Positions 43,505-57,199 of a DNA stretch of 64,000 nt are shown piece after piece (position 1 is the first letter of the stretch; each line of letters opens with the position of its first letter). Origin of the DNA: the human T2T-CHM13v2.0 reference genome, Homo sapiens; NCBI RefSeq assembly GCF_009914755.1, contig NC_060928.1; one strand, 5' to 3'. The translations under genes and the position numbers were made by a program. Below the pieces are notes generated by a model, which was not told the DNA's origin, did no database searches, and worked only from the letters and a program-made list of their open reading frames with translations.

Positions 43505-44176
43505 TGTGGCAGTCCAGGTCTCCCTAATGGCTGAACAGGCAGGCCTCCATAACAACTGTTTCAGCACTGACTAAGTGGTTAAGTTAAATATTTTAAAAGC
43601 TGACAGAGCCAGTGCAATTATACAAGGACTGGAATATAACAAAAGCCCACCAAGAGTTTTGCCTAGGACTTTCCTGGGCCTTAAATCATGACAAGATAAT
43701 GAAGAAGTTCTTAATAGGACCAGCTTAGGATTCAACAAATTTTATTGGGGGTCCGAAGAAACTCCATAGACCTCCACAAACAAGTTTATTGGGGGTCTGA
43801 AGGAACTCCTCAAACCTCCATGATTTAGCAGGAGACAAGATAAAAGTAATCACCCCAGCACCTGTACCCATTTAAATTAAGTAAATTTACTGAGGATTCA
43901 GAGGAAGGTATTGAGGACTCAGATCTTAGTTATAGATTAAAAGAAGTTAATCACTTAAGTCTTTAGATGAATTCACACTTACACATAAACACATAGCTTA
44001 GAAGGTATATAAGCTCTGGAAAACTTAGTAACTTTGAGTTTGTGTGGAGTTATTTTCCAGGCCTTCTCCTTGTACCTGGTTACAGAAATAAAAACTCTAT
44101 TCTTTCTCAGTTCATCTGCATGTTGTTATTGGGCCAAGAGAACAAGCAGCCCGACACACAGTTTGGTTCAGGAACA
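43505..44176 (+). mobile_element. ERV1-class solo LTR (family not named)
   Basis: TG..CA ends, TATATAA at ~44007, AATAAA at ~44087, 4-bp TSD ATAG at 43501-43504 and 44177-44180. Confidence 0.9.
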
Positions 44177-44199
44177 ATAGCGTTTTTTTTTTTTTTTTT

Positions 44200-44600
44200 T
44201 TTTGTTTTTTCTGAAGAGAGTTACAGACTTTTTCCCACCCGTCTGTTTACAACACAGGGTAAGGAAGCCAGAGAGCCTTCCCCCCTCCACAGAGATTTGT
44301 TTATATGCTAGTGTTTCTCTCTCCCTAGAGGGGAGGATGGATCAATGTGCCAACCACCCTGCTTATGCTCCAAGTCTCATAATTCCATCATCATTCTCCT
44401 GCAGCACAATCCCACTGCATGCATGAGATAACATCATGTTTTTACCTTATTGTCCTGTGGGAAATGGAGCAAGGAGAACCAGTGCTAAGATGTGCTGTAA
44501 GTAATAAACAGACAGTCTTCCGATCCCAAGACCTCATGTTTCATATCAGAATACCTATATCTAAACTTACCCATATGAAAGCAAGATTCAATGACAAAAG
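44200..44600 (+). mobile_element. Old ERVL-type LTR fragment (LTR40-like)
   Basis: cctgcagcacaatcccactgcatgc..cctgtgggaaatgg..gctgtaagtaataaa. Confidence 0.4.
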
Positions 44601-44680
44601 CACTAGAACAAGACAAAATGCACTTGCTAAAGGGTTACTTTGCAAGGAAGTCAGACCTCAGAAAGATTTGCTCATCAAAT

Positions 44681-44732
44681 ACACACAGACACACACACAT
44701 ACACACACACACACACACAAATACACTCACAC
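44681..44732. repeat. Imperfect (CA)n
   Basis: Direct reading. Confidence 0.9.
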
Positions 44733-46531
44733 AAAGTATTTCAGGACAAAAGAAACTGCAAAATTACAACGGTTAGCATGTTAATACCAGTTATGGAAAA
44801 TAGACTCTTTCTCAAATAATTTCTATATCCACGTAGAATGTAACATGTCTTCCAAAATCAGCATTGCACAGCCCAGGGATAAAGGAAATTGCTTCTGAGT
44901 TTGTTTTCTCACTTCCTAGTCAGCAACAAAAAGAAAATGCTTAAACTATTACACTGTTTGTTTGTTTATCTCAGGGTACAAAGTACGCCACACTTTATCA
45001 ACTCTAGGAAATTCAATTTATATTTATTCCTGATGGCAGTTAAACAAAATGTCAATTTTGGTTCCCCAGTTCCTCCTTGTGATCAAACCTCTGCTCCTAA
45101 GGCACAGTTTAAACACAGAAGGTGATGTTGAAATGTTTGGAATTCAATACCATTAATTTTTTCATTGCCCATGTTTATTTGCATAGATATAACAAAATAT
45201 GTTAAATAATATGCCAACACTTACTTGTCAAGAGATGTTGATTAGTGGGCAAAGCCATTCTTATTTTCTGGTTAACAAAACTGGAACCTAGACAGTCTTC
45301 TAAAGTCTCTAGGGTTGTAATTTATTTCAAGGAGTCAGAGGTACTTCATTTCCCATATCAACTTCTCTGAAAAGATCAGAAACAAAGAACCTTTGAATCT
45401 AACTGATCCATGTTTCACCTGTGGTACCTATAACTATAAAGGTATATTCTGTCTTTTCTGAGATCCCAAGGTTGTTAATATTCCTTTCCTGCCAGAAGGT
45501 AATGTTCTTTACTGCCTTTGTCTGTAATTTTATAAATTGTAGAAAGATAACAGCCTTGCTTCCAGGTATCATTTTTAAATGTGAAAAGAGGTCCTATATT
45601 ATATTTATCATACCTAACTCAAGAGATTTCTATCATAGTTTAGCTACATATTTGATTTATCTAATTATATCCTTTTAGGAAAAGGGTACATTCTTAAACC
45701 TAAATAAAGAATTACATAGCTATCAAAAGCAAAGAAATATGGTCAATGTGCTGGAAAATATTTAAAAACTGTCACTATTGTTTTGAACATATTTGTAAAC
45801 AAGATCAATTAATATTTATAATTATTTTCCAAAAGTGTAATTATTAAGTGTTTTTTCCCTGAAAAGTATTACCATATAAACGTTGATAATCATTTTGGTA
45901 AGATAATTGGTTTAATTCTAAAGGTTAGCTATATCCCTTAGTTTAAGGGATATATCCCTTAGTGATATATAATATATGATAAAATCATTGTTGAATTCCT
46001 GTTTGTATCAACTTTTAGGTACAAATAACATACAAATAATGTAGCTCTTCTATATGCACATAGATATATTTAATATTTATATTGTATAAATGTAAATTAT
46101 TTTTTCAAGATAAAATACACCGTACTTTTTCAAGAAACAACAAACATGCAAAATTAATGTTGCTGAGAGAAGAGGCAGAGGTGAGAAGATACCTACAATT
46201 AAGTTATATTATACTAAGATACTCCATACCTTCATGAACATTATGAAAAATAGTTGTTGGCTTAAGTTATGACTTCTCTCTGTGACAAAAGGATCTGGTT
46301 GGTAATAGAATGAACCAGTACTTTAAGAAGAAAATACTAAATAGAGAGATGAGTTTACCTGTTTTTGGTAAAGCAACTGACTTTTGTTATGATGTAAGAC
46401 ATAAAATGGTGTATTGTGGTGTTAGAAGTTGAGGGTTTTGAATAAATCTATTTGTATGGAATGATGTTTATTTTACCTGAAATTGGTTAAATGCTCAAAT
46501 TTCTAAACCACATACTGAGAGTGTTCTATAG

Positions 46532-47289
46532 TGAAATGAGAGAGTTCCCTGAACCCCCTTGCAGGATGTGCAACAGGGATGTGGCTTGTCTGTTAGGCCA
46601 CTGCACACTCAAACCCCTTATAGAAGGGGAGGTACACAGACAGGCAGGTGCAGGAGCCAGGGCAAGCCACGGTAATGTCTAGGGGTGAGTGCCTATGACT
46701 CCCAAAGCCCCAGTGGGTGTATTACAGTGCTCTTTTAGCTCTGCCATCCGCAGATGGCTTAAGTGTTAACCGGCTCAGTGCCCTCTTGGTACCAGCTTCT
46801 TGTCCAATGTACAGGAAGAATCAGATCACACAGACAAATTGAAGGATGGTAAATGTGGGGAATTTTATTGCCAGATGGATGTGGCTCTCAGAAGGATGCA
46901 TGGGGAGCTGGAAAGGGGATGGAGTGGGAAGATGATCTTCCAAAGGAGTTCGTTCATCCTGCGGCCGATCTCCACTCCAACCATCTCCAGCCAAATTCCT
47001 CTTGACATTCCGACACTCCTTCTCTTGTCTCCTTCGCTGCTGCACCACACTGCTGCTCTGCCGTTCTTCTGCTCCTCTACTCTTCTGCTCTTCTCTTCAT
47101 GGAGGCTGGGGTTTGGGGTTTATATGAGTACAGGATAGGGAGGTGTGGCAGGCCAGAAGGCAACATTTGTGCACAAATACATGAATGTCTGTTCCCATTT
47201 AGGGCTGTGGTTTCCAGGCTTGAGGGTAGGGCCTTTGCTGAGGAACTGCCCTCTTCTACCAAATATCTTTCTGCCTCTTGTCTGTATCA
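46532..47289 (-). mobile_element. LTR1-family ERV1 solo LTR
   Basis: Reverse strand starts TGATACAGACAAGAGGCAG..GGTAGAAGAGGGCAGTTCC; TSD ATAG at 46528-46531 and 47290-47293. Confidence 0.88.
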
Positions 47290-47303
47290 ATAGTACCATA
47301 CTA

Positions 47304-47593
47304 GGCCAGGCACAGTGTCTCATGCCTGTAATCCCAGCACTTTGGAAGGCTGAGGTGGGTGGATCATGAGGCCAGGACTTCAAGACCAGCCTGGCCAAGA
47401 TGGGGAAACCCCATCTCTACTAAAAATACAAAATTAGCTGGGTGTGGTGGTGGGTGCCTGCAATCACAGCTACTTGGGAGGCTGAGGCAGAGAATTGCTT
47501 GAACCCAGGAGGCAGAGTTTACAGTGAGCCAAGATCACACCACTGCACTCCAGCCTGGGCAAATGAGAGAGACTGCATCTTAAAAAAAAAAAA
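47304..47593 (+). mobile_element. Full-length AluS
   Basis: TSD agtaccatacta / agtgccatacta. Confidence 0.96.
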
Positions 47594-50500
47594 GTGCCAT
47601 ACTAGAAATCTAAAATAAATTTCAATTGTTTTTATTTACAGCCTAACTTTTAAAGGAACTGAAAATGCTGGTTTTCATTATGTATTCAGGTTAATTTGAC
47701 ACAAACCTCATTACTGCTATTGTCTAACCAATCACTGGAGGCTTAATTTTATTTATCAATTTACATTTATAAAAGTTTTATCTAATTACTATCCTAAATT
47801 TCCTGGTCCCAAAGAATTAAAATATATGTTTTCTCTGTATGGTATATATTTTTATAATACAGATTAAATATTTTTATATAAATATGTGCAAAATAATAAG
47901 TAACAGCAATTTTTCAGCTCCCCCACTCATTCCCATTTATTAATAGTAAAAATAGTTAACCAGTTAGGAGTTTATTCTTTCAGGTATTTGTAATATATAT
48001 GCTTATACAGAAAATTTGTTTTATAAATATCACATATATTTATAACATAAAATATTTATATATAGTATGTAATATTTAGTATATTATTCTGTAGAGTATT
48101 ATATTATTATACAACATATTAAATAAAACTTAATGTTATTCAATGTTAGGTTTTCACTTCATAATATTTCTTGTGTCTCATTCCAGGTCCATGAATAAAA
48201 ATCTACTTTATTCTTTTTAAAAGCTTCACAGTGTTTCATGAAGCATGGAGAAGAGCACAATTTCTTTTGGAATATTTGTTATATTTTGGATCAATTGGGT
48301 ATTTCCCTTATAACTGAGCATCACCATATAATTTTGGAGTTGGTGTTTGCTGTGCTACTTATTAATGCTTTGGTGACAAGTAGTCCTACTTTAAACTGAA
48401 AGGGTGAATGTGGATTGAACATTGAAAATGTGACATAAAAAATGTTTTCATATCAAGTGAAATCTCAGTGATGTCATCACCTTGTACACATTAAGTTTCC
48501 ACAATAGTTCCAAATTTTGTAAACAGCAGGATAATTTAAGCCTGACATGTCACTCATAAATCTAGAAATGACAAATTCAAAAGAACTTCTTGTTCTGTTG
48601 ACATTAATATCATAATTAAGCCTCTCTCAGGAACTAAGCTTTAACACAACATTCAGAATATTAATTAGCTAATTAAAATTGTATTGTTTGTATAGATCTG
48701 TTAATATTCAATTTGTAAATTTGATTTCATTTTATAGCTTCATAGAAAATATAAGCATGAGTTCATTTCTAGATTTTAAAAGTATTATTATGTTAATATT
48801 TTAATAAAATATGTGTAAGACTGGGAGTTCACCATAATTTAATTATTTTCTTAAAAAGAGGCCATACTTTATTCAGCTTTAAGAGAGATTGTCATAGAAA
48901 ATTTTCTTGACAAAGACTATATGATATCTACTTGCTATGTACTGTACATTTAGCTATGGAAACTGTATGTGAATTTTACACTTTAAACTGTTTAAATTTC
49001 AAAAATAAAAATGGAAGAGGGCATATCTAGGTCTTTCTATTATATGAAGACAGAAGTTAAGGAAGAGTTTTCCAACATTATTAATGATCTCCATGAAAGT
49101 ATATAATGTAAAATTAATTAGAGTAATGATGTAATAATTTATTCACCATGGTTTTTCCAGTGTCTAGAAAATTTTGTTTGTTCAGTAAGTATCTGTTTAC
49201 AATAAATTCGTGAGTGAATACATACATAGGTGAATGACAGATTATCTCATATTGTAAATGTATTGTTTTTCTTCTATAAGAAGTACATTTTGATAAATAA
49301 TTATTTGGGTAGAGACCTGATAAGTTAGTGTTAGAATTAAAACATTAATATTTTTGGTAAAAAAAAAATCTGTCTATATTTTAATATAGAGAGGATGTCT
49401 TAAGGCACATTAATATAGAGAGAATGCCTTAAGGCATAACTTTTCCACCAGTGGAAATTACCCAGCCTCTAAGCCCTTATAAAAGGTTAAGTAGAAAGGC
49501 AGAACTTAAAGAGTGGCAGAACAAGGTCCTTCAAAAATTCACGTAATCAAAAAGGCATTACACAACTGACAACAGTATGAAAATCATACTTTTTTTCAGA
49601 ACTCTGAAATTAAACAAAAGCTTGCAATCATTTGAGACATGCTACTCTATTCAAAGACAGCCAAATTTTGTAAAAACAGTGATTTTGGGAGATACTAACT
49701 TGCCCTTTTCCCATCCACCTCTCCCCAAGTGCATAGTAGACTTTAAAATGGCAGCCTCAGAACCATGGAGCCGTAAAATCTAGCAATCTAGTAGCCATTG
49801 GATGGGGGAAGACTTACTATGCAGCTCATTCAAAAGTCGATACCTAGAAATTTTTTACTGTTTGGCATGGATGGGAGCACCCTGTCAAAGTCTCATTTCT
49901 ACAGCTGATTGTTATTAGATTCTATTCTGAGCTTGGTCAATAAAAAAATGTTCTATTGCCCAAGAAGTTGCTGAAAAATTGCTTTCAAATATTTAACACT
50001 GCAGTTGACAAATCCAATGATAACAAGTTGGGACAAACAAGAAGAATTCAAAACATTTATAAGAATTATATGAGAAATAAGTTGTCCACAGTGACTTTGA
50101 AACCTCTTCATTTTCCTAGGGACCTAAAAAGTCTGTGTGACAGTGTGCCTGCTCAGAAAAGCCCAAAGAATGCAATAATACCTCACTACTATCTGATTTT
50201 GAGACTCAATGCAAACGGGAAATGAAGGCTAAAGCAGAGTGAAAAACTGCTCACAAGTGCATTGAACACATGACCAACACCAGAAAGAGAGGACCTTGGC
50301 AAAGTCTCAGAGACTTACTGATTCAAGGCATTTAGGGAAATCTCTTGTCCAAACATTACTTAATTACTAAGCTAAATAAGCAGAGACTTTAGTAGCCATA
50401 AATGTCAAGGAATACAGATTTTATAGATTCTTTTCAGGGACATTTAACTAAACAAACAAACCACAGAAATAATAAGGAAATCACCTCTACCAATAAAACC

Positions 50501-51178
50501 TAGGAAAGAAAGGGGAGTCTGAAACCCAGGCTTACAATTCAATTCATATTATCTAAAAGATGCAGTTTTCAATACAAATGTTTTTAAGAAATGTTTTCTA
50601 AAAAGCATTAAATTATGTCCCATACCAATAAAACAAAGCAGTCAATAGAGGCTAACATAAGGAATAACAGGTATTGGACTCACTGGACAAAGATTTTAAA
50701 TTAGCAACTTTAAATACATTTAAAGAACTAAAGATAATTATGTCTAAAAGACTAAAGTATTAGATTGACATCTCATCAAACACAAGATATCAATAAAAAG
50801 AGACAAATTCCAAAAAAGAACCCCCCAAAAATTCTGGATTTAGGAACTATATTAATTGAAGTTTAAAGTAATCATAAGAATGACTCAACAGCAGATTTAA
50901 ATTTACTAAAAAAAAAGAATTAGAACAATGAAAAAATAAGTCAATAGAGTTTATCCAGTCTGTGGAGCAAAGAGAAACAAGAATGAAAAAAGTGGGCAGA
51001 GCCTCAGAGGTCTAAGGGACACCACAAAACATACCAACATACAAAATAATTGTGACATAAGAAGAGCAGAGAGAGACAGAAGAGTAAGAAATAATCAGAA
51101 AGCTCCATATATGATGAAAACATGATTTATACATTCAAGCAATTCAAAGATTCCAAGTAATATAAATTCAATTATATG

Positions 51179-52654
51179 CGTCACAGGATCCTTGGGGTGT
51201 CACTTTTCTGGCCAGAAACCTCTGTGGCCAGTAGCACCTTTGCTCAAGTTTTTGTTCAGGCCCTCTAGGCTCATTCTGCAGATTCAGCCTGGCAGGCTTT
51301 GCTTGGCCCACACTACCCACCTGGATCCCACATCTGCCAAAGGCGAGCCAGGCAAGGAATGGCGAGGGGTGTCTGAGTGAGTGAGCATGGGGTCCAGCCA
51401 CTGTGCACAGCCAGGCATGCTGGCTGCAGTGGGGCAGGAAGCTCCAGGCACCAGCACAGGTGCCAGCTCCTTGTGAGGCTACAGCTGGACCAGGAGTACT
51501 GCAATCAGCTTCCATGGCTAGCACTGGAGAACAAATGGCACCCAGAAGCCAGGAGCCACAGAGCCCCAGAGAGGGTGTCACAGCCCTGGGTTGGAGAGCT
51601 CCTAGGTCTGGGATCCCCAAGAGGTTGCAGCTCTTCTCTCCTTCTCTCTTCTCTCCTTCTCATTGCCTGCGAAATGGTGAGCAAGGTGTTTCAGCCCTGT
51701 TTGTATTACATCTCTTTCAGCCCTGCCATTCAGTGGGTCCGAAGTTCTTGTCCTGCCTCCACAAAGAATGAGGTATACAGACAAGTAAGGGCTGAGCAAG
51801 GTGAAAAGGTGCTTTATTGAGACACAGAACAGCTCAGAGGACACCGACAGTGAGAAGCTCCTCTCCGTAGGCAGGTCATCCATTTGACTGCTCAAGTCTG
51901 GCTGAGTCCAGGGTTTTTATGAGCTTCAGAGTGGAGGAAGTGTGTGCTGATTGGTCCATGGGCAGTCATGGGCGGGCCCAGAAAAAGCACCATAAGTTCT
52001 AACTCAGGTCCATGAACTGACAGCTCAGCCCCCAGGCTTCAGGCCATCCCTGCCTTGAAGGTGGGGCTTCACCAGAGACCTGCTCCTTTCCAGCCAGGAG
52101 CCTGTTTCCTGCTGCCATTAGCCTGCCATCTACAGTGCCATAGTGCCCAGGCTATTCCTGCTGATGGGTGCCTGCAGGCCCACACTGAGCCGCCATTAGC
52201 TCTCCCTCAGCTTCCCCATGCTCGTTGGTGCTGAAAGTCCGGAAGAAGCTGAGGCAGCAGGGGGCTGGTGTGTCAGCACTGCCCCAAGCACGTGCAAACC
52301 TGGCCAGGTCACGACAATGCTCATGCTTGGCCACAACTTTGCTCTAAAATTGGATCAGGTGCTAGGAGTGGGGAGAGGCCAGGCAGCAGGAGCAGACACT
52401 TCTGAGCCTGTTGGGGAAATGGGGCTTCTCAGGCCTCTGAGACTGCAGAGATGCCTGGGTTCCCAGCTGTCACTGGGCAGCTGCAGCTCCACGTGGGAGG
52501 GCGGGACTGCTGCCCCTCCAACTTGGAAGTGAGCAGGGCTTCCACCTGTTCCCAGTTCCTGTGGGCTCATGGAACTCGCAGCCCCCACTGCACCTCCCTT
52601 ACTGCAGCTGGCATCATGGCAGCAGCCACCCCAGACAGGAAACTGCTGTTATCA
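51179..52654 (-). mobile_element. MER52-family solo LTR (~1.5 kb, GC-rich)
   Basis: Reverse strand starts TGATAACAGCAG..GGCTGCTGCCATGATGCCAGCTGCAG; ends ccccaaggatcctgtgac; imperfect TSD tatg/tatt. Confidence 0.9.
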
Positions 52655-52856
52655 TATTTACACATTGACAGATTTTAGTCAAGCTTTCAAAAGCCAAAAA
52701 CAGAGACCTTTGAAAGCATCATGAGAAAGGAACTCATGACATACAAAGGATTCACAATAACACTAACAGCAGCATTCTCACAAGAACTGGACACCAGAAA
52801 GCCGTTGTTTTTGAATGACATATTCAAATTGTTGAAAAAGAAAAAGACCATCATCA

Positions 52857-53201
52857 GGTTGGGGGCAGAAGCTCATGCCTATAATCTCAGCACTATGGGA
52901 GGCCATGACAGGAGGATTTCTTGAAGCATAGGGATTTCAGACCAGCCTGGACAACATAGCAATACCTCATCTCTACCAAAAAAATAAAAAATGAAAAATA
53001 ACCAGGCATGGTGGCACATGCTTGTAGTCACAGCCAATTGAGAATCAGAGGTGGGAATTTTGCTTGAGCCTAGGTGTTCAAGGCTGCCCAGAGTTATTAT
53101 GGTGCCACTGCACTCTATCTTGGGTGAAAGAGTGAGAAAGGAGAGGAGAGGAGAGGAGAGGAGACGAGAGGAGACGAGAGGAGACGAGAGGAGAGGAGGG
53201 G
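52857..53201 (+). mobile_element. AluJ whose 3' end is a (GAGAG)n microsatellite
   Basis: aggaggatttcttga..caacatagcaatacc (J-type); TSD aagaccatcatc / aagatcatcacc. Confidence 0.9.
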
Positions 53202-54051
53202 AAGATCATCACCTAAAATAATTACACCCAGCAAAAAAAAAATCCCTCAAAAAATACAGTTTTATGTAGATATAAATATTGTAATCCCAGAGCAATCATG
53301 AAGAAAATATCTCACAATATATATTAAAAGGAAAAACAAGGAAAATAAAATGGAGAACTAAAAAGTGTTTATTTTACGTAAAAGAAGGCAGAAATAGAAA
53401 TAGGAGAAAATTTAAAATAAACGTGAGATATATATATATATGTATACACACATATGTAAACATTTATAAAATAATACAACTAATCTTAATTTATCAGTAA
53501 TTTTATTAAATGTAGATTTGTTGAACGTTCCAATCAAAAGATATGTATTGAAAGAAAGAGAAAAAATATCCAATTATATGTTATGTATGAGGACACACTT
53601 TATATAAAAGGCACAAGTAAGTTAAACGTTAAAGGGTAGAAATTAATATATAATTCAAATGGTAACCAAAAGACACCTAGAATGGCTTATTAATAACAAA
53701 AAATACAATTTGAGAAAAAAATGTTATTAGAGAGAAGGAAAGACATTTTAAGTGATAAAGTGGTCAAAATATTAGGGAGAGACAACAATTACAAACCTAT
53801 AGGATCTAATAAAGCTTTAAAATGCATGAAGCAATAACTGAGAGAACTGAAGGAAAACATAGATAGCTTAACGGTAATAACTGGAGACTCAAATATCCAC
53901 CTTTTAATAAGGGGTAGAACAAATAGGCAGAAGACAGAAAAGATAATAAAAGACTGGAATTAAACTGTAAACAATATATGCCTAATAGATATTATATCCA
54001 TACACCAACAGTTAACAATCGAAAAAAAAAAAGTCATTCCACTCACAATAG

Positions 54052-54623
54052 TGATGCAGCTTCCATGACTGCAGGAACACCAGAGTCCTTAGTTTTGTGC
54101 CATTAGGAGTAATGACACAGACACATGTGGAGTGGTCGTTAAGAAGTAAAAAGTTTAACAGGCAAGAAAGAAGAAAGACAGAAGAAAACAGAGACAGAGG
54201 GACAGGGGCTCAGAACAAAGAGGAACCCTGTGTGCAGCGGAAAGGCAGTCCATTATATCCGGAAGCTGGAGAAGGCAGTGTCTGGTTTGCATAGGGCTCA
54301 GGGGATTGGTTTGACCGGATGTGTCGTTCACGTAGCCGAAAAAACCTTGCCCTCCCACCCTAGCCTTTAATATGCAAATACAGGTCAACATGATGTTTTG
54401 AACACATGGCGTTACGTGGGGGCAGCCATGACACTTGGTACACCAGGTGACAAGGAGAAGATGGTGGGAATCACCATGTTGGGTAGACCCAGTTTCTATT
54501 TTCCGGCATTTGCGTATCAAAGTTTGCCGGTCTAGCTCTTTAAGCCAACTTTTTTTTAGTTTCCACCGAGAACGTTTACCCCATCTAGCTGCCTAAAATA
54601 ATTTCTTAATAACTCCTGTATTA
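54052..54623 (-). repeat. ERV 3' LTR
   Basis: Direct repeat of 59555-60126; preceded on the minus strand by the PPT. Confidence 0.93.
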
Positions 54624-54633
54624 TTCCCCCCTC
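54624..54633 (-). other. Polypurine tract
   Basis: GAGGGGGGAA immediately before the 3' LTR. Confidence 0.88.
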
Positions 54634-54639
54634 AAAGAG

Positions 54640-55110
54640 AAGTAGGTCTAATTATTGTTAGGGGGTGTTGGATGACGATTCTTTCTGGCTACTTCCTGCT
54701 GAAAAGGGGTGTTGTGTAGGGGGTTCAGCAGTTTGGCCTTCTGAGGTTTATCTAAGGGTTCTCAGAATAATGCTGTGTCCATGTGTGGCTCTGCTCACAG
54801 CACCGTTTGGAGTTTGGCTACTTCTAGGTGAAAAGTGATAAATTCGACAAGAAGGTTTAAAATACAGGGTTTGAATACGAGCATTAAGATTACCACCATT
54901 AATAGGGGTCCTTTAGACTATAACTGACAGTTATAGTCTAACTGTTAGTTATACCAGTTAGTTATACCTGTTGACACCTGTTAGTTATACCAGTGGATTG
55001 CAATACTGGTTTGCCTCCACTAGATGCTGCTGTACATTACCAGAAACGTTAATATGAAAGTAACATTTTTCTTGAGAAACGCATACATTTCCCCTTGGCT
55101 TGCCACTAGA
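54640..55110 (-). pseudogene. env: env 3' remnant
   Basis: ccccttttcagcaggaagtagccaga is typical of class I ERV env ends; no intact frame. Confidence 0.5.
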
Positions 55111-55989
55111 GAATAACCTTAGGCTTAGGCCATTTTTATAACTTGTAATATGATTGGGAGAGATACGTTATTGGGTGGCTAAAATAACTTTAGCATTAAT
55201 TTTGACAATTCCTTTTCTTTAATTATTGAATTGTTTTATGACTTGTATAGACTCTGTTACAACATACTTAAACGTTTTTACTTGTTTTAAATACTCATTC
55301 TTTAAACAACCAGTCATTTCTTTTTAGGACAAGTATTTACCATACAAAATTTTTCCTTACATAAAATTTCTTTCTTTACAACATTTTTTTCATAGCTTAG
55401 AGTGCATTATACTGCCAAACTTCAGTAAAAAATCTTATTAAACTTAATGATGGTAAAACTTTTATGCTTATTTCTTATCAGTAACTATTACTTCTGCTAT
55501 AAGCAAAACAATCTGGATTAATTTTTTCTGCAATTATTAATCCTGTTATAAGGATAATAATCAGGCAAAATATTACAGCAATTAGAATTTTATAACGAGA
55601 ATTTCACATTGTAGGTGCCACAGTGTATAGTTCTATTGCAAATAATAGCGTGACTATAATCATTCCCACAAGAGTGGCGTAGTAAATAATTTTTCTCTAA
55701 AACTTTACTTGCCAATATATAACATTTTCCTTTGGGGATTTAAAAAGTTACAAATGTGATCCTATGTATATTTGAAAATCTCCTATAAATATGTGTTAAA
55801 AAGAAGTTGTAATATTTGGTGGTGAATTTGAGAGGAAAGGGTAGAAACAATAAAATATTTGGTGAGGTAGGAGTGGGACTGAGTAAGATGGGTAGCCCTT
55901 AGTTACTTATTTTTTATGATTTTCAGCTTAAGATCTTCTATTTTTTTACACTGATATTCAAGACGTTCCTCTGGGCTGTCAGAGGTTGC

Positions 55990-56990
55990 TCCCAAGCTCT
56001 TCGGGCTTGACTTGAGGGTGATGTATCCAGGAGTCGATTCCTGTAATTTTTACTGAGGGGGTTGAAAGAAAAACAGTGTAAGGCTCTTCCCAGGTTGGGT
56101 TAGGGGAGGAGACAGAGATGAGAGTTTACACTAATACCAAATTTCCTGGGTTAAATACAGGTGGTTTCTGTTGGAAGTGAGCTAGAAAGTTTACATGCTT
56201 AACCAATTTAGAGGCTTCCTGCCTGAAAACAATCTCTGAGCACATTGAAGTTTTATCCTTTCCCAAGTGAAAAGCTAGGTGAAGGATTTTAAGGACTTTC
56301 CATTGGCTGGAGGCTGGCAAATAGTGTTTGTCATCCTGACTGTAGCCATCCTAAGGGCTTAAAAGAATGCCTTTGACAAGTGGCCTATTTTATTTTTGTA
56401 AGGGATACTGAGGTTTAATTTTTCTTACGGAGCCTTCCTAGATTAGAAGGGGCTTGAACTGTACTAACGCTTTGAGGCTTTTTGCCTCTGACTTATCTGC
56501 CTGATTAGCTAATCTATTTCCTTCAGCTACCTTATTTGTTTCCTTTTGATGTTCCTTACAACACATCCCTGATATTTCTCATGGAAGAAAAACTGAGGAT
56601 AATAAACGGTTAATTTCCTGGTGATATTTTATAGGAATTTATGGGTGATAAGAAAATGCCTTTCCCTTTAAATGGCAGCATGAGCACAGAAAATTAGGAA
56701 AGCATACTTGGAGTTAGTGTAACTGTTAGCTACCTTTCCCTTGCTTAATTTAAGTGCTTTTTTAAAGAGCAATTAGCCCAGCTAATTGAGTACTTCTGGC
56801 TGGGGAGAGATGTTATTTAGAGCGACTACTGCTTATCCCACCTTATGAATGCTTGCTTTACTAACTGTTTGTTAGCTAAGAGTTCCCCCTAGAGGACAGT
56901 GATCCTGCCACCTTATGTGGAGTGTAAACAGTTAAATTATGTCCTAGGGCTAATTTGGAGGCTTTTCTGACTAGTAGTGCTATCGTGACT
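55990..56990 (-). pseudogene. pol: pol remnant (RNase H and integrase fragments)
   Basis: YTNSKYAFL..AHAAI*, EHQKETNKVAEGNRLANQA, LHLAFHLGKDK, PGNLVLV, WEEPY..GIDSWIH. Confidence 0.85.
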
Positions 56991-57074
56991 ATGGCCTGGA
57001 AACATGTGTAAATAATTGCAACTAACGTTGAGAAAAATATTGGATTAGAGTTTTTCCTGAGATGACCCTTACAG

Positions 57075-57190
57075 TCATGCTATGGGAAGAGGGGAGGCCT
57101 GGATTAGAGAGGAGAAAAGAGAGAGACCAGCTTTAGTGTTTAGAAGGAGGTTTACTTTCCTTCCTTTAATTTCCAGAATCACCTGGGGCT
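57075..57190 (-). pseudogene. pro: Protease N-terminal remnant
   Basis: PQVILEIKGRKVNLLLNTKAGLS is a degenerate LLDTGA motif. Confidence 0.8.
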
Positions 57191-57199
57191 TCTGTGCTA

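Noticed and set aside
43741-43820. Duplicated tttattgggggtc..aactcc..acctcca block
   Set aside because: Lies inside an LTR U3, where such duplications are usual and probably part of the consensus.
44183-44600. Poly(T) followed by unique-looking sequence as a processed pseudogene
   Set aside because: No TSD, polyadenylation signal or coding frame on the minus strand; the sequence looks like an old LTR.
51179-52654. GC-rich, ORF-dense block as a CpG island or gene
   Set aside because: CpG-depleted and fully explained by a MER52 LTR.
54380-54485. p53 response element expected in some MER61 LTRs
   Set aside because: Only isolated CATG cores; no paired RRRCWWGYYY half-sites.
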